Assembly (NCBI GenBank): GCA_023267595.1
Contig: JAHFNB010000004.1
Location: forward strand, 182-64,181
DNA from: a bacterium
GTDB lineage: Bacteria; Patescibacteriota; Minisyncoccia; Phycocordibacterales; UBA5272
Direction of reading: 5' to 3'
Length of the DNA stretch: 64,000 nucleotides
Positions 8,170 through 18,227 of this stretch are shown here, piece after piece (the stretch's first letter is position 1; each line of letters starts with the position of its first letter). A program made the translations under genes and the position numbers. The notes beneath the pieces are model-generated. The model did not search any database and was not told where the DNA came from. It worked only from the letters and a program-made list of their open reading frames with translations.

Positions 8170-9109
8170 ACGCGTGAATATGAAGATAAATATCTTCTAG
8201 TGCGCGTACTGCATCTCCTGCTGCGATGTTATTTTGATGATATAACACATCTGTGCAATCTCCGGCTGCCCATATACCTTGTACAGACGTCTCTTGTGTA
8301 CGAGGGTTTATTACAATATTTTTCGTCTCAGTTACTTGTACAAGATTTTCTATAAAAGATGTGGCAGGGATTTGACCTATTTCTACAAAGACTGCAGAGG
8401 TTGGAAGAGTTATATCTTCTCCATCTTTTGTATAGGTAATTGATTCGACGAATTTACTTCCTGTAATTGATTTTGGAATTGCACCAACGATAAGTTTAAA
8501 ATGTTCCTTTATTTTTAATTTTTCTATAGTGATTGCATCTGCTCTTGGTTCACTTCGTGAAAGAAGTGTTACTGATTTACAATAGGCGAGTAATTGTGCA
8601 GCAGATTCAAATCCTGCATTTCCTCCACCAACAACTACAACATCCATTCCTGAAAAGAGTGGTCCATCACATGATGCACAATAGGTGATACCTTTATTCT
8701 CAAATTCTTCTGCACCAGTGACCTCTAATTTTCTGCGAGATGAACCTGCTGCGATGAGAATAGTTTTTGATTTCTGCTCTCCTTTATCTGTGGTTATTGT
8801 AAAATCTCCATGTGATCCAGTGATAGACGAAACAGTTGCTTCTATAATGTGTAAAATATCACCTTTGTATTCTTCGACGTGTGATTTAAGGGATTCTGCA
8901 AGTTTTGCACCACTGATATGTGGGGTTCCTATCCAGTTTTGGATATCATCAGACACGATTGATTGTCCTCCCCATTCTTTTACGATAAGAAGTGTTTTTA
9001 GTTGTTTACGCGCAGCATATACTGCAGCAGCACTTCCTGCAGGACCACCTCCTACGATTATTAAATCGTAGATAGGTGAGAGGTTAGAGGTGGTAGGTAA
9101 AAGAGACAT
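8168..9109 (-). CDS. trxB: thioredoxin-disulfide reductase
   Basis: FAD motif IVGGGPAGSAAAVYAA, redox-active CASCDG, and the NAD(P) motif GGGNAGFE. Confidence 0.9.
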   Translation of the reverse strand: MSLLPTTSNLSPIYDLIIVGGGPAGSAAAVYAARKQLKTLLIVKEWGGQSIVSDDIQNWIGTPHISGAKLAESLKSHVEEYKGDILHIIEATVSSITGSHGDFTITTDKGEQKSKTILIAAGSSRRKLEVTGAEEFENKGITYCASCDGPLFSGMDVVVVGGGNAGFESAAQLLAYCKSVTLLSRSEPRADAITIEKLKIKEHFKLIVGAIPKSITGSKFVESITYTKDGEDITLPTSAVFVEIGQIPATSFIENLVQVTETKNIVINPRTQETSVQGIWAAGDCTDVLYHQNNIAAGDAVRALEDIYLHIHA

Positions 9110-9163
9110 AGAAATCTAGTGTATCATAATTACAAAAGTGAGATTTTGAAATAAAGGAATTTA

Positions 9164-9194
9164 TTTGACAAGTGTATATTTTAATGTAGTATAA
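9164..9194 (+). promoter_or_regulatory. promoter TTGACA-N16-TAGTAT followed by an AAGGAG Shine-Dalgarno 8 nt before the ATG of the 9227 gene
   Basis: Read directly. This is one of the few clear SD sequences in the window. Confidence 0.5.
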
Positions 9195-9226
9195 AAATTG
9201 GCTATTTTGCCAAGAAAGGAGTTCTT

Positions 9227-9616
9227 TTGATGAATCAAAGTACTACATTGTCATTTGGGGAAATTTTCGATTTATATCAAAAAGGGGCCCTTACGATTGA
9301 GCGAAGAAGACCGATTTTGAGATTACGGATTGTAAATAATCACTTGTACTCTCTATCTCAAAAAGGTCTAGTCTATCGAGTCAAACATTTTTCTCGTTGG
9401 CAAAAACTTTCCTCAATTTCAGGTGCCTACCTAGTAGGAAATGAGGATCTTCGTATTAGGTTCTGTGATCACTCCGTCCGTACGATTGGTAACACTAGAA
9501 GTCAGTATTCTGTTCTTCTTGCAAAAAATATAAAGAATCCTATTTCTTATCGAGTTCCAATTCAATCAAGGTGTGATACAGAAGTTTATTATCCCCCATT
9601 GAATCCAATAGTTTAA
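9227..9616 (+). CDS. hypothetical protein (129 aa)
   Basis: Good promoter and SD but no recognisable motif. Confidence 0.5.
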   Translation: MMNQSTTLSFGEIFDLYQKGALTIERRRPILRLRIVNNHLYSLSQKGLVYRVKHFSRWQKLSSISGAYLVGNEDLRIRFCDHSVRTIGNTRSQYSVLLAKNIKNPISYRVPIQSRCDTEVYYPPLNPIV

Positions 9617-9738
9617 GTATGTATAACACCGTCTTACATATAATGTACCTATTTATATTATAGGATATATTCATTTCAGTATTGATTGAAATGAATATAT
9701 GTAAATTCTTAATTTACATATATTATAGAAAGGCGGTT

Positions 9739-11022
9739 TTATTTTTTCCTTCTAAGGAATGGTGGAAGTGCTTCCCACTCATCATCCTCTTCATCATCAT
9801 CAAACTTAAATACCGTTTTCTTAGCAGATGACTTGTCTTTCTTTGTATCAGTTTCAGGTTTCTCTTCTACTATTTCATGGTCAATACGTTTATCATCTTT
9901 TGATTCTTGTATAGCCTCGCGAATAGTTTCTGATTTCTTGATGATGGTATCTGGTACATTTCCCATTTCGATATCATTTTTTGCTTCACTTAGCATTTGT
10001 GCAGATGGTTTTCCTACACGAGTAGAAAATCCAGTAGGGAATCCCGTAGCAATCACCGTTACCTTCACTTCATCTTTCTTAAGTGTTGGATCATTCGCAA
10101 TACCAAATATTACTTTTGCATCTTTATCAACTGATTCAGTGATTATCTTCGCGGCTTCTTGTACTTCTAACATTCCAAGATCTTCTGATCCATAAATTGC
10201 AAAGAGTACTCCTTTTGCCCCGTGAATAGAGACATCAAGAAGTGGGGAATTGATTGCAGCAGAGGCTGCTTCACGTGCACGATTCTCTCCAATACCACGC
10301 CCTACACCCATAAGTGCAGTACCAGAATCTTTGAGTGTCTTTTTAATATCGGCAAAGTCCATGTTAATAGTTCCAGGAGTTCTGATAATATCAGAAATAC
10401 CTTCTACTGCTTGTTTAAGAACTTCATCACACATTTCAAATGCTTGCTTTACAGATGTATTTTTATCAATAATAGAAAGAAGTCTATCGTTTGGAATAAC
10501 AATGAGCGCATCCACTTCTTTTTCAAGTTCTTCTAACCCACGTTCTGCTAACTTCATACGTTGTGCACCTTCAAAAAAGAATGGTTTTGTGACAACGGCA
10601 ACAGTAAGTATCCCTTCATTTTTTGCAATTGATGCAACAACAGGGGCAGCACCAGTTCCTGTTCCACCACCCATACCACCGGCTATGAAAATCATGTCCG
10701 CACCTTTTATAACATCTTGAACTTCTTCACGTGTTTCTTCCACACTACGCTTTCCAATTTCTGGATCCATTCCTGCGCCGAGACCTTTTGTAAGATTTTT
10801 CCCGATATGAATTTTTTTCTCGGCGAGAGAATGATGAAGGTCTTGTGTGTCTGTATTCATCGCAATGAATTCAACTCCTTGTAATTTTGAGTTGATCATA
10901 TGATTGAGCGCACCTTTACCAGATCCTCCGATACCAATGACTTTGATACGAGCGAAACTTTCAATTTCTGGATTTACTTTTGCCATGGGTTTAGTGTTAA
11001 TTATCTTTCTGTTGTTATACAA
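9739..11022 (-). CDS. ftsZ: cell division GTPase FtsZ with an acidic, Asp/Glu-rich C-terminal tail
   Basis: Tubulin/FtsZ signature GGGTGTGAAPVVA with N-terminal GIGGSG. The last 60 or so residues are rich in D/E/K and end in a basic RRKK. Confidence 0.95.
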   Translation of the reverse strand: MYNNRKIINTKPMAKVNPEIESFARIKVIGIGGSGKGALNHMINSKLQGVEFIAMNTDTQDLHHSLAEKKIHIGKNLTKGLGAGMDPEIGKRSVEETREEVQDVIKGADMIFIAGGMGGGTGTGAAPVVASIAKNEGILTVAVVTKPFFFEGAQRMKLAERGLEELEKEVDALIVIPNDRLLSIIDKNTSVKQAFEMCDEVLKQAVEGISDIIRTPGTINMDFADIKKTLKDSGTALMGVGRGIGENRAREAASAAINSPLLDVSIHGAKGVLFAIYGSEDLGMLEVQEAAKIITESVDKDAKVIFGIANDPTLKKDEVKVTVIATGFPTGFSTRVGKPSAQMLSEAKNDIEMGNVPDTIIKKSETIREAIQESKDDKRIDHEIVEEKPETDTKKDKSSAKKTVFKFDDDEEDDEWEALPPFLRRKK

Positions 11023-11095
11023 TAACTATACCAACTTGAAAGACACTTTGCAAAGTGGTATTTCTCAGTCTTTTTTTCCAAAAAATCCTTATAAA

Positions 11096-12265
11096 TTAAG
11101 GTAAAAATTGAATAACCATCTTCTTGACACGAGTAAAAAATGATGTCAAAAGTTCTTTTAAAACATCATTTTCAGTATCGCGTGGTGCAAGAAAAGTAAG
11201 ACCATATACTCGTGCCCAACCACTATCACGTAACATATCATTTGTTAATCGAACGAGTTCATTTGATGTTATCTTAATGGGAAGTTTTAATTCTGAACGA
11301 AATATATATTCGAGACGTGGAACAATTGATGATGAACCACATACAACAATTCCTGCAGGAAGTAATTCTTTACGATGAATGCGGTCAAGTTCTTTATTTA
11401 TTTTTACACACAAGTCTTCTAATCGTGCTTCTATAATTTCTTCGATGCGGCGAGTTGCATGTGTATGTTTATTTCTCCCACATTTTATTTCTTCTGCTTC
11501 TTCAAGGGTGACCTTCAGTCCAATTGCTATGTCTTTGGTAATATCATCTCCTCCAACTGGAATTGTGGAGACAAGAAGTGGACTGTTATTTTCATATACA
11601 AGTAATGAGGTGACTCCTGCGCCGATATTGATAAGTGCTACACCTGCTACTTTTTGTTTTTTGGTAAGAAGGGGAATACTTTCTGCTATGGGGCCGGCAA
11701 CAATATCTGTCACACGTATACGTGCGGTATCTAGAACTTTCTTGAGTACATTCATACATTGAAGAGGGTAGGTAACAAATAATGTTTTTACCTCGAGTTT
11801 ATTACCTCGTACACCAATTGGATCTCCTTGAATATCATTACCATCCAATTTATATTTCATAGGAATTGTGTGAACAACTGCTTTATTGCGAATATCAGGG
11901 ACACCTCTGTTTGCATCTTTTATAGCATTATCGATATCGAGATCAGTAACTGAAGCATCTCCACGAGATACTTGTGCATGACCGTTTGCATGATGTGATG
12001 AAAGTCCAACTGCACCGAGTGAAAGTAATGTATGTAATGTTGTATGGCCAGATTCGTCTTCTAATGTATTAATAGCATCTACAAGGACACTCATTACTTC
12101 TTCGCTATCAGTAATTGTTCCACGTTCTACACCCTCGAGAGATTTTTTATAGGTTGCAATAACAACAGGGTATTTCATTCCTTCTTGGTATATCGCACCC
12201 AAAGCACGCACACTTGTGCTTCCAATATCTATACCAACTATCATGTCATGATTATTACGAGCCAC
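11096..12265 (-). CDS. ftsA: cell division protein FtsA (actin-like ATPase)
   Basis: N-terminal IVGIDIGSTSVRAL phosphate-1 motif. About 390 aa, immediately upstream of ftsZ. Confidence 0.85.
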   Translation of the reverse strand: MARNNHDMIVGIDIGSTSVRALGAIYQEGMKYPVVIATYKKSLEGVERGTITDSEEVMSVLVDAINTLEDESGHTTLHTLLSLGAVGLSSHHANGHAQVSRGDASVTDLDIDNAIKDANRGVPDIRNKAVVHTIPMKYKLDGNDIQGDPIGVRGNKLEVKTLFVTYPLQCMNVLKKVLDTARIRVTDIVAGPIAESIPLLTKKQKVAGVALINIGAGVTSLLVYENNSPLLVSTIPVGGDDITKDIAIGLKVTLEEAEEIKCGRNKHTHATRRIEEIIEARLEDLCVKINKELDRIHRKELLPAGIVVCGSSSIVPRLEYIFRSELKLPIKITSNELVRLTNDMLRDSGWARVYGLTFLAPRDTENDVLKELLTSFFTRVKKMVIQFLP

Positions 12266-12656
12266 CTTTGTAGTATTTGTTTAAGTATGAATCCTCTAAC
12301 TTCTCCATTGTACTACCATGAGCATGTCCTTTCAAATGTAAACATCCGTGAATAATAAGTAAGTGAAGAAATCTATGGTATGACATTGCAAATTTTTTTG
12401 CATCGCGTCGTGCAGTTAAGAGTGATATGTATATTTCACCTTCATTTTTTGAAAGAGGGAACGATAAGATATTAGTTGGGTAATCTTTATCTCTATATGT
12501 TTTATTTTTTAAACGTGATTCATCTGGTGAACAAAAGACGATAGTAAGAGTGTAGTTTTTTCCAAGAAGTTTTTCTTTAATAGACAAAAATGGCACGACA
12601 GGTATCGGGCCATTTTTACGTACTATGGTGAGATTGTGTAACTCACGGAATGCCAT
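12255..12656 (-). CDS. ybeY: rRNA maturation endoribonuclease YbeY
   Basis: Zinc motif HGCLHLKGHAHG (H-x3-H-x5-H); overlaps the ftsA start by 11 nt. Confidence 0.8.
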   Translation of the reverse strand: MAFRELHNLTIVRKNGPIPVVPFLSIKEKLLGKNYTLTIVFCSPDESRLKNKTYRDKDYPTNILSFPLSKNEGEIYISLLTARRDAKKFAMSYHRFLHLLIIHGCLHLKGHAHGSTMEKLEDSYLNKYYKGGS

Positions 12657-12659
12657 ATA

Positions 12660-12911
12660 TTATTTTCTTCCTCCTCGTTTACGTTCAATCACTTTTCCCA
12701 TTCTCTTATCGTGTTCGTATTTTGCAAGATTTTTGAGTTTCTTCAATCGTGCTTTCTTTGTCTTGAGGTCTGAAAGAGGTCGGTCATTATAACGGATAGA
12801 ACGAACACGAGGTAAAACTCCTGATTCTTGAACTCGCTTTTGAAAACGACGGACAAGAGAAAGGGCGTTCTCGTTTGCGTTCTTCTTTACTTCTACGTTT
12901 GTATTTGACAT
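12660..12911 (-). CDS. rpsU: 30S ribosomal protein S21
   Basis: Basic 83-aa product; SLVRRFQKRVQESGVLPRVR resembles the S21 core. An internal ATG was chosen over the longer ORF-track start. Confidence 0.75.
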   Translation of the reverse strand: MSNTNVEVKKNANENALSLVRRFQKRVQESGVLPRVRSIRYNDRPLSDLKTKKARLKKLKNLAKYEHDKRMGKVIERKRGGRK

Positions 12912-12983
12912 ATGTAGGCACAATTCTAACATAGAAAATGTTAATGAGCAAGACCTTATGGGTTGGAAAATATAAAATAAAAA

Positions 12984-13006
12984 TAAAGAGCCAGAGTGGC
13001 TCTTTA
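12984..13006. terminator. hairpin aagagcca-gag-tggctctt between the 13026 gene and the rpsU promoter region
   Basis: Inverted repeat flanked by an A-run and a T-run. Confidence 0.5.
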
Positions 13007-13025
13007 ATGTGTCAGGTTGCTATAT

Positions 13026-13457
13026 TTACTGGAGTTTTACGAATTCTAAAAGTCTCCGTTCTTGGTTCCAGTATTCACTTTTGTTTGATCTGCGAAGGTG
13101 CTGTGCAACAGCATTTGAACCTTCTGTTTTGTTTAGATACACCTTCATTCTTTTGTTCACTGTGTTTCTGTCCACAATGAAAACATTATCGCTATGTGAA
13201 TAGTGTGGCCCAAGCCCCCAAGTCATATCGTGTGCATGACGTCCGTAGTGGCAGTTACAAAACAGTATTTCTTCATCTGTGACATCACATATTCTGCCAA
13301 GAAGAAGATAGTAAGCATGCACCTCCGAGTATTCCGAACCACGTCCGAAGCTGTGCCCAACTTCTCCTCGAAAGGCGATTGTAAAACGTATAACACAAAC
13401 CATACCAATGTGTTTCTTGGAAAGATCATCTGGATGTATTTTCAAAACACCCTCCAT
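13026..13457 (-). CDS. hypothetical protein (143 aa; His-rich, possible metal-dependent hydrolase)
   Basis: ORF only. HAHDMTWGLGPHYSHSD and GHSFGRGSE are weakly reminiscent of zinc peptidase ligand patterns, which is not enough to name it. Confidence 0.4.
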   Translation of the reverse strand: MEGVLKIHPDDLSKKHIGMVCVIRFTIAFRGEVGHSFGRGSEYSEVHAYYLLLGRICDVTDEEILFCNCHYGRHAHDMTWGLGPHYSHSDNVFIVDRNTVNKRMKVYLNKTEGSNAVAQHLRRSNKSEYWNQERRLLEFVKLQ

Positions 13458-13505
13458 AAATTAAGGTTTAATTTATACTACTCTCAAAATTTGATTATGT
13501 AAAAT

Positions 13506-14828
13506 CTACTTTAGATGTTTTATGTAATCAGACAACGCATCTATTTTTACTGTATCTTGTGAATGTGTTTCCATGTTTCTAACTATAACTGTGTTATCCA
13601 TAGCTTCTTTTTGTCCGAAAATAATACAATAAGGAATCTCCATTTTTTCTGCTATAGCAAGTTGTGCACCGAGCGAATCTTTTGAAATCGACTGATGTAC
13701 AGGAATACGAGATTTGCGAAGTGTTTCCATAATGCACAAACTCTTTAACTTTGCTTCGAAACCAAGTTGTATAAAATATACTTTTGGTGGTTTCATAATT
13801 CGAGGCATAAGTGTCTTACATTCCGGGAACATCATAATACGTTCCATACTTAATCCTGAACCAACTGCAGGGACATCTTTTTTACTTCCCATCATGCGAG
13901 CCAAATTGTCATAACGCCCACCACCAGTGATTGTAATTTCTTTTTCTTTTCCATTTTCATCTGTGTCTACTTTGATTACTTCAAATACCGTGCGAGTGTA
14001 GTAACTTTGCCCACGTACGAGAGAATTATTCACGCGATAAGGGATACCCATTTCCTCTAAGTATTGTAGAACTTCTTTGAAGTGATGACGTGCATCATTT
14101 GAGAGGAATGAAAGTGATGATGGAGCATTTTCTTTAAATGGTTGGCATTCAGGAACTTTACAATCAAGTAATCGAAGAGGATTATTTTTGATACGTTCAT
14201 GACAGTCTTTACATAATCCATCAAGATGCTTCTTGTAGTAGTTAACGAGTTCTTTGATAAATGCAGGTCGTGTTTCTTTATCACCCATTGAATTAATATC
14301 AATAATCAAATCCTTAAATCCATATTCTTCCAAAATAGTGGTAAGTGTACGAATGACAAGTGCATCTGCTATTGATTTTGTTGTACCCAGTATTTCTAGG
14401 TTGAATTGTCGGAATTGTCGCCAACGTCCGCGCTGTGGTTTATCATGACGAAATGTTTGTCCATACGAATAGAGCATCACTGGTTGAGCGAGGTTCTGCA
14501 TACCATGTTCAAGGTAGGCACGCATAACTCCTGCGGTATATTCTGGTCGCATTGCCAAGTGATCACCACCTTTGGTGCGTAATGTATACATTTCTTTATC
14601 AATAATATCTGTTCCTTCACCAATTGCAGAAACAAACACTTCTTCATGTTCAAGAATTGGTGTTTCTAATGGTTTAAATCCGTAGTAAATAGCAACTTCT
14701 TGTGCTTTTTCAAATAGTCCTTGATGTGCGTAGTATGCACTATCAAATAAATCATCCATTCCTTTAAGTGATAGAGGAGTTTCTTTCTTATCTCCTTTTA
14801 CTATTTGTTTTTTTGCATCATCATTCAT
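13506..14828 (-). CDS. hisS: histidine--tRNA ligase
   Basis: Class II motif 2 region GGDHLAMRPEYTAGVMRAY. About 440 aa with a C-terminal anticodon-binding domain. Confidence 0.9.
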   Translation of the reverse strand: MNDDAKKQIVKGDKKETPLSLKGMDDLFDSAYYAHQGLFEKAQEVAIYYGFKPLETPILEHEEVFVSAIGEGTDIIDKEMYTLRTKGGDHLAMRPEYTAGVMRAYLEHGMQNLAQPVMLYSYGQTFRHDKPQRGRWRQFRQFNLEILGTTKSIADALVIRTLTTILEEYGFKDLIIDINSMGDKETRPAFIKELVNYYKKHLDGLCKDCHERIKNNPLRLLDCKVPECQPFKENAPSSLSFLSNDARHHFKEVLQYLEEMGIPYRVNNSLVRGQSYYTRTVFEVIKVDTDENGKEKEITITGGGRYDNLARMMGSKKDVPAVGSGLSMERIMMFPECKTLMPRIMKPPKVYFIQLGFEAKLKSLCIMETLRKSRIPVHQSISKDSLGAQLAIAEKMEIPYCIIFGQKEAMDNTVIVRNMETHSQDTVKIDALSDYIKHLK

Positions 14829-14858
14829 AGAAAGTATGGCGGTTATATTTATATCTCG

Positions 14859-15611
14859 TTACTTAGTATACACAAATCTACCTGGTTCGTAAGACATGGT
14901 AGAAAATGGATATACTCTGAATAATACTTGCCCTTTAACATTCGTCGCATCAAGCGGTCCCCAATCACGACTATCATAACTTTGTGCACGATTATCACCC
15001 ATCATAAAGTAATGGTGATCGTCTAATGTCACATCAACATTTTTTTGTAAATCTTTGTACATGACATAGGGCTCTTCAAGTACAAAGCCTGCAGGATTTT
15101 CAGTATTGTAAATAGTTGTAATACCATTAGTAACAACAACTCGCTCCGTTGGTAATCCAATAACTCGTTTTATCAAATGTTTTCCTTCATAAGGATTATT
15201 ATTATTTTCGTAGAGTTTAAAAATCATCACATCACCTCTATGTGGTGTGTGTAATCGATAGGAAAGTTTATCTACAAGCAAAAACTCTTGATTATGATAG
15301 GTTGGTAGCATTGATCCACCATCTACTATAAATGGTTGAATGAGAAATCCTTGAATGCATTTTACGAGAATGATAATACCGATAATCCACATTAGTAATG
15401 ATGATGGTTTCTCATCTTCTTCAAGTAACTTTATTTTTACAAGAAATAATCGCCATACAGGAAATATCATCGCAAGAATGAGTAGTATAATGAGGAGAAA
15501 TAAAATACTGAAGATAACAATAGAGATAGGATTTTGTGTTGCGTCAGAGAGCATTCCAAGAGTCGCATTAACAAAAGAAGAAATCATTATCGATTCAGTA
15601 TATAGATTCAT
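14859..15611 (-). CDS. lepB: signal peptidase I
   Basis: N-terminal TM anchor, catalytic Ser box GGSMLPT, and the C-terminal S26 box GDNRAQSYDSRDWGP. Confidence 0.9.
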   Translation of the reverse strand: MNLYTESIMISSFVNATLGMLSDATQNPISIVIFSILFLLIILLILAMIFPVWRLFLVKIKLLEEDEKPSSLLMWIIGIIILVKCIQGFLIQPFIVDGGSMLPTYHNQEFLLVDKLSYRLHTPHRGDVMIFKLYENNNNPYEGKHLIKRVIGLPTERVVVTNGITTIYNTENPAGFVLEEPYVMYKDLQKNVDVTLDDHHYFMMGDNRAQSYDSRDWGPLDATNVKGQVLFRVYPFSTMSYEPGRFVYTK

Positions 15612-15673
15612 TAGTTGTTGTGCAACAACTTAAAATACTGGTCACCACTAATTGCTTACTGTACACTAGTTGC

Positions 15674-16204
15674 ATGATATATACACTTGTACCACTAGGA
15701 AATAAAGGAGAAAAATATGCACACACTCGTCACAATGCTGCACGAATAGTTCTTGATCTTATCAAAGATGATATAGAAAAAATATCTGGCGTGGAATTAT
15801 TTGTTCCAGATACATTTATGAATGAATCAGGAAGTGCAGTCGCAGAATATCTACGTTATCACGAAGGGAGAGAAATTATTGTTATCTATGATGATAAGGA
15901 TTTGGCATTTGGCACATTTAAAATTTCTCATGATAGAGGAGATGGTGGGCATAATGGACTCAAAAGCATTATCGAATCTATGGGAACAAAAGAGTTCACA
16001 CGTATTCGTATAGGTATTGCACCGCATGATGTTGATGGCACAATTGTACTTCCTCCACATGGAGAAGAAGTACAAGATTATGTACTTGGGAGTATCCGTG
16101 ATGATGAAGAACAATCATTGCGTAGTATTGCGCCAGATGTTTTAGGTGCAATTAAAAGTATTAATGAAGAGGGGTATCACAAAGCAATGGAGAGATATAA
16201 TTAA
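15674..16204 (+). CDS. pth: peptidyl-tRNA hydrolase
   Basis: TRHNAARI, FMNESGSAV and GHNGLKSI motifs. Internal ATG chosen; the ORF-track start at 15620 adds a non-conserved 18-aa leader. Confidence 0.85.
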   Translation: MIYTLVPLGNKGEKYAHTRHNAARIVLDLIKDDIEKISGVELFVPDTFMNESGSAVAEYLRYHEGREIIVIYDDKDLAFGTFKISHDRGDGGHNGLKSIIESMGTKEFTRIRIGIAPHDVDGTIVLPPHGEEVQDYVLGSIRDDEEQSLRSIAPDVLGAIKSINEEGYHKAMERYN

Positions 16205-16245
16205 ATAGTTTAGAAGATAGATTTTTTGATGTTAAGAGAAAATGA

Positions 16246-16272
16246 AATGGCGACTGCGTAGCAGTCGCCATT
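16246..16272. terminator. bidirectional terminator atggcgactgc-gta-gcagtcgccat between convergent pth and rpsA
   Basis: 11-bp perfect stem read in sequence. Confidence 0.65.
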
Positions 16273-16295
16273 TCTATCCTCTAACTTTTAGTGTG

Positions 16296-17360
16296 TTACT
16301 TTTGTTCGTATGTAAGTGTCATTCTTTCTTCGTTTGCATCAAATAGTGTGATGGCAAACTTATAACTCTTACCAAGTGAGAGTGCATCACGTAACTTTGC
16401 TTCATCTCCAAAATCAGAAACATGAACTAGTCCTGCTACACCTTCTTCAATAGACACAAGTGCTCCATGTTTATTGAATTTGATAACAACACCATCCACG
16501 GTATCTCCTTTTTTGTATTTCTTTGCGGCTTCTTTCCAAGGATTTTCCTTGAGTGCTTTAAGTGAAAGAGAGATCTTTCCATCTTTTACTTCGATAATCT
16601 TTGCGCGAACTTTATCTCCGACACGAGCATGTGCTTTTGTATCTTCGACAAGCCCCCAATCAATTTCACTCTTGTGTACGAGTCCTTCTACACCATCTTC
16701 TAACTTGATAAAGATACCGAAATCAACAACACCTGTTACGATTCCTTCTACTTCATCACCAACCAAGTAGTTACCCATCACGATTTCTTTACTTTCTGTT
16801 GTCTTGCCACCATCTTTTTCAGAGAAGATAAGTTTTCCTTCTTTTGGAATAGCACTGATGATACTTACCGATACACGCTTTCCAATAAGTTTCTTTAATT
16901 CACGGAGGATTTTATCCTTATCACCGTCTTCGATACGAGGATAGTTTTCTTCCTTAAGTTGTGATGCAGGTAAAAATCCTGACATTCCTTGCCACTCGAT
17001 AATGAGACCTCCTTTATTTGCATCTTTAACTACTAAGTCCATAACACGCTTGTCTTTGATTGCGGCTTCTGCATCATTCCACATGAGTGCTTGGCGTGCT
17101 TCTTTGAGAGATAATTCTACATATCCATCAGTATTTTCACGAAGTACAATCTTTGCAGATATTGTATCTCCAATATTTATACGCTTGATGATATCGCGAG
17201 CATTCATAAACTCGATACCATAAATAATTCCTGTTCCTCTGTTTCCTAGGTCTACATAGAGTGCTGCTTTTTCAATAGCAACAACGACACCTTCTACGAT
17301 ATCTTCTTCTTTGAAAAATACTGCATCTTTTGCAAACTCTGCTACTTCTGTTGTTGTCAT
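16296..17360 (-). CDS. rpsA: 30S ribosomal protein S1 (four S1 RNA-binding domains; short form)
   Basis: Repeated S1-domain pattern such as GDTVDGVVIKFNKHGALVSIEEGVAGLVHVSD. Confidence 0.8.
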   Translation of the reverse strand: MTTTEVAEFAKDAVFFKEEDIVEGVVVAIEKAALYVDLGNRGTGIIYGIEFMNARDIIKRINIGDTISAKIVLRENTDGYVELSLKEARQALMWNDAEAAIKDKRVMDLVVKDANKGGLIIEWQGMSGFLPASQLKEENYPRIEDGDKDKILRELKKLIGKRVSVSIISAIPKEGKLIFSEKDGGKTTESKEIVMGNYLVGDEVEGIVTGVVDFGIFIKLEDGVEGLVHKSEIDWGLVEDTKAHARVGDKVRAKIIEVKDGKISLSLKALKENPWKEAAKKYKKGDTVDGVVIKFNKHGALVSIEEGVAGLVHVSDFGDEAKLRDALSLGKSYKFAITLFDANEERMTLTYEQK

Positions 17361-17387
17361 AATATTTTGGTAAAAAAATTCCCACAC

Positions 17388-17404
17388 GAATGTGGGGTAT
17401 CCAC
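17388..17404 (-). promoter_or_regulatory. UUCG-capped hairpin (cccaca-ttcg-tgtggg) followed by a U-run in the rpsA 5' leader; attenuator or autoregulatory structure candidate
   Basis: On the minus strand the hairpin is followed by aattttttt and then about 20 nt to the rpsA ATG. A second 9-bp stem (gacctatat...ataggtc) lies further upstream at about 17425-17455. Confidence 0.4.
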
Positions 17405-17545
17405 TTCGGTCTGGGCTCCGACCTATATGATTGGCAACACATAGGTCGGGGATTACGCCAGAACGTTATCTATTAATGAGATGTGTACATACTACAAGAG
17501 AAAGTGTAATTTAGCAAATCTATAATGTATGTTAGAATATTCTGC

Positions 17546-18208
17546 ATGATAATCACTTATTTCGGTCGCGAGCATTTTAAAGTAACGGTAGGAGATTTGG
17601 TTGTGGCTATTAATCCAGTTTCAAAAGAGGGTAGTGGAAAAGTCGCAAAGTATGGTGCAGATATCACACTTGTTACTACGAATCATCCTGACTACAATGG
17701 TGTAGAACAAACAGAACATGGAGAAAAAGTACCATTTATTGTTCGTGGTGGTGGAGAGTTTGAAGTAAAGGATGTTTTTATTAAAGGATTCAATACGGTT
17801 ACGAAATTGTCAGAAGGAAAAGACCCCACTTCGCGAGGACGCTCCGCGGGGCGAGAAAAGGAATATCAAAACACGAGTTATGTTTTAACATTAGATGGTA
17901 TTCGTATTACGTTCTTGGGTGCGCTATCAGTGATGTTACAACCAGAACATAAAGAGATAATTGATGAAACAGATGTTCTATTTATACCAGTTGGTGAAGA
18001 TGGATTCTTACTTAATCCATACGATGCATATAAATTAGCAGTATCACTAGAATCAAAGTTGGTTATTCCTATGGATTATAATGAAAAATCACTTCCAATC
18101 TTTTTGAAAGAATCAGGCAAGAAGGTAGATCCTGTAGAAAAATTGACTATTAAAAGAAAAGATATAGAAGGAAAGTTGGGTGAAGTAGTTCTCTTTGTAG
18201 AAAATTAG
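17546..18208 (+). CDS. MBL-fold metallo-hydrolase-like protein (UPF0173-like)
   Basis: N-terminus MIITYFGREHFKV resembles MKITYLGHAxF; the His motif is degenerate (TNHPDYNG). Confidence 0.45.
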   Translation: MIITYFGREHFKVTVGDLVVAINPVSKEGSGKVAKYGADITLVTTNHPDYNGVEQTEHGEKVPFIVRGGGEFEVKDVFIKGFNTVTKLSEGKDPTSRGRSAGREKEYQNTSYVLTLDGIRITFLGALSVMLQPEHKEIIDETDVLFIPVGEDGFLLNPYDAYKLAVSLESKLVIPMDYNEKSLPIFLKESGKKVDPVEKLTIKRKDIEGKLGEVVLFVEN

Positions 18209-18227
18209 TATTGTATACTAATCTCTA

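Noticed and set aside
8107-8355. 82-aa + strand ORF overlapping the trxB 3' end
   Set aside because: Antisense to a well-supported trxB and it reads through the bidirectional terminator, so it is spurious.
9833-10720. ORFs 9833..10195, 10222..10536 and 10250..10720 on the + strand
   Set aside because: They lie antisense inside ftsZ with a Ser/Thr/Pro-rich low-complexity composition typical of reverse-strand reading.
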